Source: Gemmata obscuriglobus (lineage in GTDB: Bacteria > Planctomycetota > Planctomycetia > Gemmatales > Gemmataceae). From it: a DNA stretch of 32,000 nucleotides. Each line of letters opens with the position of its first letter. Within the stretch, counting starts at the first letter, position 1. The stretch is taken from NCBI RefSeq assembly GCF_008065095.1, contig NZ_CP042911.1:180001-212000 (forward strand). Reading direction: 5' to 3'. Position numbers and translations under genes: made by a program. The notes beneath the pieces were generated by a model that was given only the letters and a program-made list of their open reading frames with translations, had not been told where the DNA came from and ran no database searches. This document shows, one piece after another, positions 1 through 7,329 of this stretch.

Positions 1-565
1 GCACGCCGTCGGCCACGTCGGTGCGGCAAACGATATCGAAACCGGGCACGCCGAGCTGGTCACGCCGCCGCAGAGAGCACGTCGCGGTGCCGCCGAACGT
101 CCGTTCCATGTGGGCGAATGGGGGCAGGTCCGGCACCGGTTCGCCGAGTGCCGTACCGAGGACCGCCGCCGCGCCCGGGCCGGCGAGGTGGAGCTGCGCG
201 AAGTCCGCGGTGCGGTCCGCGATTTCGACCTGTTCGGAAATGAGGTAGCGGTCGAGGTACTGCACCAGTTCCGTGTTGCGGCCGGCGGTGGTTTCGACCC
301 ACATCGCGTGCCGGCCGTCGCTCAGCCGGATGTGGTAGATCCAGGTCTGGAACTTGACCTTGGCCCGCGGGTCGCAAAAGTACGCCTCACACCCGCCGCC
401 GAGCGGGAGCTCCTTGGTGTCGTTGGTGCTCAGGTTGCCGAGGAACATCGGCGCGTCCGGCCCGGTCAGCACGAGCTTCGCCGCGGCCGACGTGTCGAAC
501 AGCGCCGCGCCGGTGACGGCGGCCTGGTACTCGGGCGGGCCGGACAGTGTGGAGGCAAGGTTCAT
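1..565 (-). CDS. Aminomethyltransferase-family folate-binding protein (GcvT/YgfZ-like). This is the 5' part; the gene runs off the left edge.
   Basis: Absent from the supplied ORF track because it has no stop in the window. Manual reverse translation from ATG (565-563) gives MNLASTLSGPPEYQAAVTGAALFDTSAAAKLVLTGPDAPMFLGNLSTNDTKELPLGGGCEAYFCDPRAKVKFQTWIYHI..., open to position 1 with G/C-rich third positions. The pattern D.S....L.L.G.DA..FL....TND is typical of the GcvT/YgfZ N-terminus. Confidence 0.7.
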   Translation of the reverse strand, partial: MNLASTLSGPPEYQAAVTGAALFDTSAAAKLVLTGPDAPMFLGNLSTNDTKELPLGGGCEAYFCDPRAKVKFQTWIYHIRLSDGRHAMWVETTAGRNTELVQYLDRYLISEQVEIADRTADFAQLHLAGPGAAAVLGTALGEPVPDLPPFAHMERTFGGTATCSLRRRDQLGVPGFDIVCRTDVADGV

Positions 566-691
566 CGCGCGGGTCCGTAGGTCTGTTGGCGTCACACGAG
601 ATTTTACGCACGCGGCCGAAAAAGCGGCCGCGCCATGTGTGCGAAGGTGTACTAGGGTTCGGACACGCCCGTTCCCTTTTCGTGGTCGCTT

Positions 692-1480
692 ATGAGCACG
701 CCCTCACCCCCGTCGTGTTCGTGCATTAAGTGCGGCGTGAGTGTGCTCGTGGGCCTGTTCGCGGTGTGGCAGCTCGTGGCGATTCCGGCCACGAACCTGA
801 TGCTGCTCGTGCCGCTCCGCCCGTCAGGGAGACCGCCCGAACCAAGCGCGAACACGCTCCAGGCGCGGGGGACGTTCACCGACAGTGAGCCGCTCCAGCG
901 GACCGCCGAAGCCGTCGGTCGCGTGCTCGAGTTCTGGACCGAGGCTAGCGGGCAGGAGCAAGGGTGGTCGCTGTTCACCCCGGGGCCGCCGCCGTATTCG
1001 GTGTTCGTCGCGACCGAATTCCAGTGGGCTGACGGTTCCCGGGACACCCTCCTTTCGCGCTACGAGCCGCGCGACCTGACGCGCCCGCCGCTCCGGGCGC
1101 CGCTGATCCACTACCGGGACCACCACTTCGAGACGCAGTTCGTGTACCCGGTGTGGTACGCGAGCGCGGAGGCGATCGCGGAGCACCCGCAGGTGTGGAC
1201 CACCCTGCCGGACGAGATCCGCGCGAGCGGGGCCGAGATCCGGGCGTGGCTCCGGGGGCGGCTGAGCGTGTACTCGGCCGCGAACCCGCACCGCACGCGC
1301 CCGACCACGGTCGTGTTGAAGCACCGCTACATCTCGACCCCCGATCCCAAGGAGCCGGCCGATGTGCCGCGCACGATCGAGGAGCGGCCGTACGCCCGGT
1401 GGCACCCGGATACCAACGAGCTGGAAGCGTTCGACGTGGTCGCGAAGCGGTTCGTCGCGGTGCGGGAGGGCAACCCTTGA
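692..1480 (+). CDS. Membrane-anchored hypothetical protein, HTTM partner (copy A1)
   Basis: ATG start. It has one N-terminal hydrophobic helix (VLVGLFAVWQLVAIPATNLMLLV) followed by a soluble part of about 220 aa. It is a clear paralog of 2479..3288, sharing the blocks FW.EA.GQ.QGW..FTP, F/W-ADG and ERP(Y/F)ARW.P. Its TGA stop overlaps the TTG start of the next gene (TTGA). Confidence 0.75.
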   Translation: MSTPSPPSCSCIKCGVSVLVGLFAVWQLVAIPATNLMLLVPLRPSGRPPEPSANTLQARGTFTDSEPLQRTAEAVGRVLEFWTEASGQEQGWSLFTPGPPPYSVFVATEFQWADGSRDTLLSRYEPRDLTRPPLRAPLIHYRDHHFETQFVYPVWYASAEAIAEHPQVWTTLPDEIRASGAEIRAWLRGRLSVYSAANPHRTRPTTVVLKHRYISTPDPKEPADVPRTIEERPYARWHPDTNELEAFDVVAKRFVAVREGNP

Positions 1481-2409
1481 GTGACCTGCGAGCGGTGGGC
1501 GTGCGGCCGTGGTTCCCCTGGCCGCTGTCGCGGTGGAACTGGTGGAACGAGCAAATCCCCGCGGAGCGGGTCGCGGCCCTGCGCGTCGCCACCGCGCTCG
1601 TGCTTCTGATCGACATCGGACTCGGGTACGCCCCGCACTTCACGAAGTTCTTTTCGCCCGACGCCGTGGGGGACCACCTGTACGAGAGCCGGTTCGGCGC
1701 CGATCACGCGTACTGGTCCGCGCTGCGCTGGCTACCCAAGGCGTGGGGCGCGCAAGCCCTGTTCGCGGTGTGGGTCGCTTCGGCGGTGGCCCTTCTTGTG
1801 GGCTGGCGACCGCTGCTGAGCGGGCTGGTGGCGTGGGCGTGCGCGGTTTCCGTGTGGAACTTCAACCCCGGGCTGCACAACGGCGGTGACCGGCTTCGGC
1901 ACACCTTGTTCCTGATGACCGCCGTGAGTTGTTCGGGTGCGGTGTGGGGCGTGGCGTCGCTCCGCAATCGCACCGACCCGCGCCCGATCGTGGTTCCCGG
2001 GTGGCCGGTGAAGGTGCTGTTCGTACAACTCGCGTGCCTGTATTTCTTTAGCGGTTATTACAAGGTTCTCAGCCCGATCTGGCGGAGCGGGTACGTGATG
2101 TACTGGGCCTCGCACGACCTCGGGTGGTCGCTGTGCCCGGGAACGGCGAACCAGGTTCCGGTTTGGGCGCACCGGCTTTCGGCGCTGGTTACGCTCGGCT
2201 GGGAACTGGGATTCCCGGTACTGGCCGTTTGGCGCCTCACACGTGTGCCCACACTGGTGCTCGGGGTACTGTTCCACCTCGGCACCCTGCTCACGCTCGA
2301 AGTCGGCGCGTTCGCGCTGTACTCGATCGCCTGCTACACGGCATTCGTGCCCTGGGAGCGGCTCCGCGGTCGCTGCGGCGTCGCCTCACAGTCGCCCGCG
2401 GGGCCGTAA
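1477..2409 (+). CDS. HTTM-domain (vitamin-K-dependent gamma-carboxylase-like) polytopic membrane protein (copy B1)
   Basis: This is the 3' part of track ORF 1153..2409. I set the start at TTG 1477 because similarity to paralog 3285..4241 (R.VG..P..P.PL.RW...PAER.AALRVA) begins upstream of the next candidate start. It has multiple TM segments, an NGGD motif and a C-terminal FVPWE, as in HTTM proteins. Confidence 0.8.
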   Translation: MSDLRAVGVRPWFPWPLSRWNWWNEQIPAERVAALRVATALVLLIDIGLGYAPHFTKFFSPDAVGDHLYESRFGADHAYWSALRWLPKAWGAQALFAVWVASAVALLVGWRPLLSGLVAWACAVSVWNFNPGLHNGGDRLRHTLFLMTAVSCSGAVWGVASLRNRTDPRPIVVPGWPVKVLFVQLACLYFFSGYYKVLSPIWRSGYVMYWASHDLGWSLCPGTANQVPVWAHRLSALVTLGWELGFPVLAVWRLTRVPTLVLGVLFHLGTLLTLEVGAFALYSIACYTAFVPWERLRGRCGVASQSPAGP

Positions 2410-2478
2410 CCTACACCCCGGGGCCGCGGTCGGTTACACTTCTGGGCAGCGTCGGCTGTGGTACCAGAGGTGCGACCA

Positions 2479-3288
2479 ATGGCGGAGAACCCGTCCATGC
2501 CTGAGCCGAAGGCGGGTTTCGTCCCGTGGCTTGTGGGGCTGCTCGCCCTCTGGCAGATCGCGTTCATTCCGCTGGCGAACGCCTGGGAGTGGCTCCCGCG
2601 GCGCCCGACACCCGCCGACGACTACCCCGAGCGCAGCACCACCCAGCGCTGGGGCCGTTTCACCAACTCCGACACTCTGCAAGTGACGAGCGAACGCATC
2701 GGCGACGTGTTCGCATTCTGGGCCGAGGCGACCGGCCAGGACCAGGGGTGGAACATGTTCACCCCCGATTTCCCGCCGCACACGGTCGTCCCCATTGCGG
2801 AACTGAAGTTCGCGGACGGGCGTGCGGTGCGAGTGGAATCGCGGTTCTCGCCCGCAGACCCCGAACGACCGGGGATGCGGTGGCCCCTCGTCCACGATCG
2901 CGAGTTCAACTACGAGGCCAACATCACCATGCTCGGGTGGCACGCGACACCGGAAGCGATCGCGGCGCGGCCCGAGCACGGACGCGAACTGCCCGAGCGG
3001 GTGCGGGAGAATCACGAACTCCTCTCGCACTGGCTGGCGTGGAAGACGCGCGTTCACCTCCGCGCGAGCCCCGGTGAGGCGGTACCGGTCGAGGTCGTGT
3101 TGGTGTTTCGGTACATCCCCACGCCGCTTCCGAACGACCCGCCGGGCGCGCCGCGCCGGCCGTCGTTCGAGCGGCCCTTCGCGCGGTGGCGCCCGGGTGG
3201 GCCGCGCGCGCCAGGGCTGCTCCCGCTCGAAGGGTTCGACCCGGTTACGGAACGGTTCGTTGAGCTGAAAGTGGTGTCGCCGCCGTGA
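2479..3288 (+). CDS. Membrane-anchored hypothetical protein, HTTM partner (copy A2)
   Basis: Paralog of 692..1480. I chose ATG 2479 (MAENPSMPEPKAGFVPWLVGLLALWQ...); GTG 2458 is an alternative start. Its TGA stop overlaps the GTG start of the next gene (GTGA). Confidence 0.75.
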   Translation: MAENPSMPEPKAGFVPWLVGLLALWQIAFIPLANAWEWLPRRPTPADDYPERSTTQRWGRFTNSDTLQVTSERIGDVFAFWAEATGQDQGWNMFTPDFPPHTVVPIAELKFADGRAVRVESRFSPADPERPGMRWPLVHDREFNYEANITMLGWHATPEAIAARPEHGRELPERVRENHELLSHWLAWKTRVHLRASPGEAVPVEVVLVFRYIPTPLPNDPPGAPRRPSFERPFARWRPGGPRAPGLLPLEGFDPVTERFVELKVVSPP

Positions 3289-4241
3289 ACGCGTTTCCCG
3301 AATCCGAGACGCGGTTCGTCGGGATCCAGCCCCGGCTCCCCGGTCCACTGAAACGCTGGGCGTGGCTACTGCGACCGGTCCCGGCCGAGCGCATGGCGGC
3401 GCTGCGCGTTGCGGTCGCGGTGGCGGCGCTGCTCGACATCGGCATTGCGTGCGCGCCGCAGTTCGCGACCTACTTCTTCGAGGACGGCTTGGGCGGCCCG
3501 AACGCGTACCCGTCGCGCTTTCGGAGCGGGCACTACTACTGGTCGCTGCTCCGCGTGTTACCCCCAACCTGGGGACCGGTCGCGCTCATGTCCGTGTGGG
3601 TCGTGGCGGCGGTTGCCCTGTTGGTGGGTTCGCGGCCGTTTGTGAGCGCTCTGGTGTGCTGGGCGTGTGCGGTGTCGTTCTGGAACATCAACTACGGACT
3701 GTGCAACGGCGGGGACCAGATCCGCAACTCGTTGTTTCTTGCGGTCGCGGTGGGGCGAACGGGAGCGGTGTGGGGCGTCGAGTCCGTGCGGCGCCGCGGG
3801 TTCGCGGGGCGGGTGTTCGTGCCCGGGTGGCCGGCGAAGGTGCTGCTAGTTCAGTTCGTGTGCCTGTACGTGTTTAGCGCGGTTTACAAGCTGGTGTCCC
3901 CGGGGTGGCAGACGGGGTACGTGATGTACTTCGTGAACCACGATCTGGAGTGGTCGCTGACGCCGAACCTGAGCCCGTACTTGCCGCCGTTCGCGCACCG
4001 GTTGAGTTCGTGGGTCGCGATCGGCTGGGAACTGGCGTTCCCGGTGCTGCTCGCGTTTCGGCGGACCCGCGTGCTGTGCTTGGTGATGGGCGTGGCGTTT
4101 CACATCATCACATTCCTGACGCTCGAAGTGGGGCACTTCGCGCTGTACTCGCTGGCGTTTTACGTCCTGTTCGTGCCGTGGGAGCTTATGCGAACCCGAA
4201 AGACGCCACGAAATGCTGATTTTTCAAGTGTTTCGTGGTAA
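3285..4241 (+). CDS. HTTM-domain polytopic membrane protein (copy B2)
   Basis: Track ORF of 318 aa. By eye it is strongly similar to B1, for example WACAVS.WN.N.GL.NGGD and GWP.KVL.VQ..CLY.FS..YK.VSP.W..GYVMY. It starts with GTG in a 4-nt overlap with the upstream stop. Confidence 0.85.
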   Translation: MNAFPESETRFVGIQPRLPGPLKRWAWLLRPVPAERMAALRVAVAVAALLDIGIACAPQFATYFFEDGLGGPNAYPSRFRSGHYYWSLLRVLPPTWGPVALMSVWVVAAVALLVGSRPFVSALVCWACAVSFWNINYGLCNGGDQIRNSLFLAVAVGRTGAVWGVESVRRRGFAGRVFVPGWPAKVLLVQFVCLYVFSAVYKLVSPGWQTGYVMYFVNHDLEWSLTPNLSPYLPPFAHRLSSWVAIGWELAFPVLLAFRRTRVLCLVMGVAFHIITFLTLEVGHFALYSLAFYVLFVPWELMRTRKTPRNADFSSVSW

Positions 4242-4808
4242 ATGGCTATGCGTCGTCAGCCTGTCAAGTTGTGTGTACAGACGATCAGGAGTGCACCGTT
4301 TTCCTGCGCGGCGACTGGCTCGCGAAGTTTCGCGACGGGAAGCGCATGAAGGTGGCCGGGGTGCTGCGCGTGATTCACCACGAAGCGGGGAACATCGGTG
4401 GGGTACTGATACCCGTTCGTTGAGTTTGAATGCCTGGAGTAACTTGCCGAAGCTCCCGTGCGCGATGCGTTCTTCTACCTCTTCCCCAGCTCGTACTAAA
4501 CTCGGGTGCTTCAGCTGGCTGATTTCTGGCTCCAGTTGGGATCGGAGTCGATCGCGAACGACAGCCTCGAACACCGAGAACAGCACGAGTACCGCTAGGT
4601 CGTCGTGCTCATCGCTCACGACCTTGGCTTCTGTCGACATTTGCACGGCTTCCACGTGCCGGAGCACATTGTTTTGTTTGACGCGGGCCACCCACTCATC
4701 GGATTGCTCCCACGGGAACTCGCCCCAGAATTTGGCGATGTGCGTCAAGCGTTTCATCCCCTCGGCCACCGCCTGATACCAGCGCCAGGCGTCATTGAGG
4801 GTGCGCAT
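4224..4808 (-). CDS. Hypothetical protein Y of the low-GC cassette; its 3' end probably reads through into flanking DNA
   Basis: The first ~130 aa look protein-like (MRTLNDAWRWYQAVAEGMKRLTHIAKFWGEFPWEQSDEWVARVKQ...LVLFSVFEAVVRDRL...ERIAHGSFGKLLQAFKL). The last ~65 aa are R/S/P-rich and lie antisense to the GC3-rich + strand ORF 4235..4423, which suggests the native stop was lost. Its ATG overlaps the upstream stop (TGATG). Confidence 0.55.
   Translation of the reverse strand: MRTLNDAWRWYQAVAEGMKRLTHIAKFWGEFPWEQSDEWVARVKQNNVLRHVEAVQMSTEAKVVSDEHDDLAVLVLFSVFEAVVRDRLRSQLEPEISQLKHPSLVRAGEEVEERIAHGSFGKLLQAFKLNERVSVPHRCSPLRGESRAAPRPPSCASRRETSRASRRAGKRCTPDRLYTQLDRLTTHSHLPRNT
4235..4423 (+). pseudogene. 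Small ORF or gene fragment of host-like composition (62 aa); function unknown
   Basis: The 3' two-thirds (about 4290-4420: TVFLRGDWLAKFRDGKRMKVAGVLRVIHHEAGNIGGVLIPVR) has G/C-rich third positions like host genes, while the 5' third does not. The GTG start overlaps the HTTM B2 stop. Its stop lies exactly where the lower-GC stretch begins. It could be a small intact gene or a relic. Confidence 0.3.
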
Positions 4809-5296
4809 CAGAACGACTCTCGAACAACCGCCTCAAACCGCTCCGCGTCCAGTGGGACGACATCGTTTCCGTTGACATTCAGCGGCTCGAACTTTTTCTG
4901 GGTGTACCACTTCCCGCCCGGAACAAATAGCACGTGCGCATGCCGAGCCCGCGGAGCTGAACCCCTCCCTGCGCGCGCACTGGTGTGGCTTGTCCCGGCA
5001 GACGGATCGTCGCGGCCACGAACCGGGCCATCGGCAGGAATCGCACGATTCGATCCACCAAGGCGAGCTTGAGAACCGGTACTTGGTAATCTCCGAACGC
5101 GAGTTCCTCGCCGGGGATCTTCTCGATCGTGCGGTCAATGAGGTTTTCCGGATCGCATACTGTCAGCCATTCTTGGAGCTGCCGGTACAAGCCGTTAAGC
5201 GCGTCGAGCCACTCTTGTAGGATCTCACCGCGCCGGAGCTTCTCTATTTTTGAGTTGCTCCGCTTCTGCTCGCAGGTATTCCGCTAGCACGCCCAT
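4808..5296 (-). pseudogene. Hypothetical gene X of the low-GC cassette, broken by two compensating frameshifts
   Basis: From ATG 5296 the frame reads MGVLAEYLRAEAEQLKNREAPAR and stops at 5227-5225. Protein-like sequence continues in the +1 frame (track ORF 4879..5190: ...EILQEWLDALNGLYRQLQEWLTVCDPENLIDRTIEKIPGEELAFGDYQVPVLKLALVDRIVRFLPMARFVAATIRLPG...). It then returns to the starting frame (HVLFVPGGKWYTQKKFEPLNVNGNDVVPLDAERFEAVVRESF*). The stop is coupled to the ATG of gene Y. The first shift coincides with an A5 run (5247-5251) and the second lies near 4931-4945. Confidence 0.45.
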
Positions 5297-5324
5297 ACCG
5301 CGCCATCCTCTGGATTGCGCCACT

Positions 5325-7199
5325 TTACTTTCCCTCGCGGGCGTTGAACTCCAGCTTCCACTTCTGCTTGCCGTCGCGGGACTGGAGCCACAGTTCCAAC
5401 TGTCCCACCGTCGTCACCTTGCTGTACAGGTGGACCGGCACCACCGTGCCGCCCGGCGCCGCGCCCGTTACCTCCAGGGTGGTCTTCACCGGCGCCAGTT
5501 CGTCGATCTGCCCTTCCCATTCCTCGACCACTGCGCCGGGCGGGTCCTCGCGGCGGACCGTCGAACCCAGGAACCGGAACTCCGCCTCCGTCCCGACGCG
5601 CACGCCGACTTCGTAGCTGGGCACGTCGGCCTCGGTGCCCTCTTCCATGCCGAACGGGGCGACACAAATCGCCTTGACCGGCGGGGCGAACCCCGGAACC
5701 GCGGGCATGTTCGTTTCCACGCCGATGTAATAGGAGCGGGCCGTCCCGCCCCGGATGCGAACCCCCTTCCCGCGCTTCACCAGGCCGTAGTACGCCGCCC
5801 CGCGGGCCACCGCCAGGTCCAGGTCCGCTCCGGGCAGCTCGCGCGTCGGCTCGGCGCCGGCGGCCCGCGCCCAGTCCCCGAGAACGCTCAGCAACCGGGT
5901 GCGGAGCGGGTCGCCCTTGAACACCCCGCCGTTGAACAGCACCGCCGCCGGGGTGCCGGTCGCGGTCGCGGGTGTCGGAGCCGGAGCGCCGGCCTTTTTC
6001 TTCTTTCCGGTGCTCGGCGCCTCGCGATTCGCCAGCGCCTCGGCCTGGCGCGAGAGGAACGACGCGAGGTGCCGCGTGATGCCCGCGTCCGCCACGTACG
6101 GTAGCCCCACCTCGGCCAGACCCGAGGTGCGGTTCAGGGCGGGGAGCGCGTCCCGCGGGCACTCCGGGAAGAAGCCGTCCACCAGCACCCGCACGACGTC
6201 CGCGCGCGTCAGCTCGTGCTTGATGCTCCCGCCGACGAGGCTCCGGCCCTTGCCCAGAACCGTGACCGGCGCGCTTTGCAGCTCGGGCCGCGCGAACAGC
6301 TCCTCCTTCGCGCCGCGGCAGGCGTAGGTGAGCTGAACCATCTGCCCGGCGTCGAGCCGCGCCCCCTTCGCGGCCAGCGCCTGCGACGCGTGGTACGCGA
6401 GGGTCAGGTCCATGTTGTCGCCGCCGAGCAGCAGGTGGTCGCCCACCGCCAGCCGGGTCAGCGCCAGGCTCCCGTCCTCCTCACCCACCTCAATGAGTGT
6501 GAAGTCGGTGGTGCCGCCGCCCACGTCCGCCACCAGCACCAGTTCGCCGACGCTCACCTGCTTGCGCCACTCGTCGCCGGTGCGGTCGAGCCACGCGTAG
6601 AACGCCGCCTGCGGTTCTTCCAGGAGGGTCAGGTTCTCGAACCCGGCGGCGCGGGCGGCCTCGACCGTCAGCTCGCGGGCCGCGGCGTCGAACGACGCGG
6701 GCACCGTGAGCACGATGTCCTGCACCTCGAGCCGGTTGTCGGCCACGTCCTTCGCGATCGAGTCGTTCCACGCCTCCGCGATGTGCTTCAGGTAGCGGGT
6801 GCTGGCTTCGAGCGGGGACACCTTCCGCGCGCCGGCGTCGGGCGCGCGGGTCGGCAGGATCGGGGCGCGCCGGTCCACGCCGGGGTGGCACAGCCACGAC
6901 TTCGCGCTCGAAACGAGCCGGGTGGGCACCTGCGAGCCGAACGCCCGCGCGAACTCGCCCACCGTGTAATCGCGCTTGGCGTCCCAGGGCAGTTTGAGCG
7001 CCCCGGCCGGCTGCTCGCCCTCGCCCGGCAGGTACAGGAACGACGGCAGCAGCGGGCGCTCCTCGACGGCGCCCTGAGCCACCACCTGCGCGATGGGGAG
7101 CGTGACGACCTTCGCGTCCTTGCCGGCGCCGGTGTCCACGTATGCGAGGGCACTGTTGGTCGTGCCGAGGTCGAGGCCGACGACGAAGCGCGAGCTCAT
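5325..7199 (-). CDS. Hsp70-family ATPase with a non-canonical C-terminal domain
   Basis: 624 aa. It has actin/Hsp70-fold phosphate motifs (VGLDLGTTNSALAY, VLTVPASFD, LLEEPQAAF, VADVGGGTTDFTLI, LLGGDNMD). A low-complexity K/A/P/T insert (STGKKKKAGAPAPTPATATGTP) is present. The C-terminal ~150 aa are beta-rich and do not resemble the DnaK substrate-binding domain or lid. Confidence 0.9.
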   Translation of the reverse strand: MSSRFVVGLDLGTTNSALAYVDTGAGKDAKVVTLPIAQVVAQGAVEERPLLPSFLYLPGEGEQPAGALKLPWDAKRDYTVGEFARAFGSQVPTRLVSSAKSWLCHPGVDRRAPILPTRAPDAGARKVSPLEASTRYLKHIAEAWNDSIAKDVADNRLEVQDIVLTVPASFDAAARELTVEAARAAGFENLTLLEEPQAAFYAWLDRTGDEWRKQVSVGELVLVADVGGGTTDFTLIEVGEEDGSLALTRLAVGDHLLLGGDNMDLTLAYHASQALAAKGARLDAGQMVQLTYACRGAKEELFARPELQSAPVTVLGKGRSLVGGSIKHELTRADVVRVLVDGFFPECPRDALPALNRTSGLAEVGLPYVADAGITRHLASFLSRQAEALANREAPSTGKKKKAGAPAPTPATATGTPAAVLFNGGVFKGDPLRTRLLSVLGDWARAAGAEPTRELPGADLDLAVARGAAYYGLVKRGKGVRIRGGTARSYYIGVETNMPAVPGFAPPVKAICVAPFGMEEGTEADVPSYEVGVRVGTEAEFRFLGSTVRREDPPGAVVEEWEGQIDELAPVKTTLEVTGAAPGGTVVPVHLYSKVTTVGQLELWLQSRDGKQKWKLEFNAREGK

Positions 7200-7329
7200 G
7201 ACGGGGTGCTCCGAGTACGAATTAAACCAATTCTACCCGCCCGGCGGAACCGGATGGCCGTCGGCCGGTTCCAAACGTAGCTTGCGTTCAACCGTGCCCC
7301 CGTACCACCGGACTTTTGATTAACACCTT

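Noticed and set aside
611-632. GC hairpin cgcggccg-aaaaag-cggccgcg in the 566-691 intergenic region
   Set aside because: It lies between divergently transcribed genes, so it cannot terminate either one. It has no T tract. It may be a regulatory or 5'-UTR structure, but I cannot support any specific role.
4224-4808. Idea that gene Y is a HEPN-type RNase, based on ...ERIAHG... and preceding helical segments
   Set aside because: The spacing is R-x2-H, not the R-x4-6-H HEPN signature, and I recognise no other family motif. This is too thin to call without a profile search.
5225-5251. Programmed ribosomal frameshifting at the A5 run in gene X
   Set aside because: There is no slippery heptamer plus downstream structure, and a second compensating shift is needed 300 nt later. 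Decay or homopolymer sequencing error is the simpler explanation.
7200-7329. Searched the Hsp70-like upstream region for a CIRCE/HrcA heat-shock operator (TTAGCACTC-N9-GAGTGCTAA)
   Set aside because: No match was found. Only an unrelated 8-bp inverted repeat (ggaaccgg...ccggttcc) is present.
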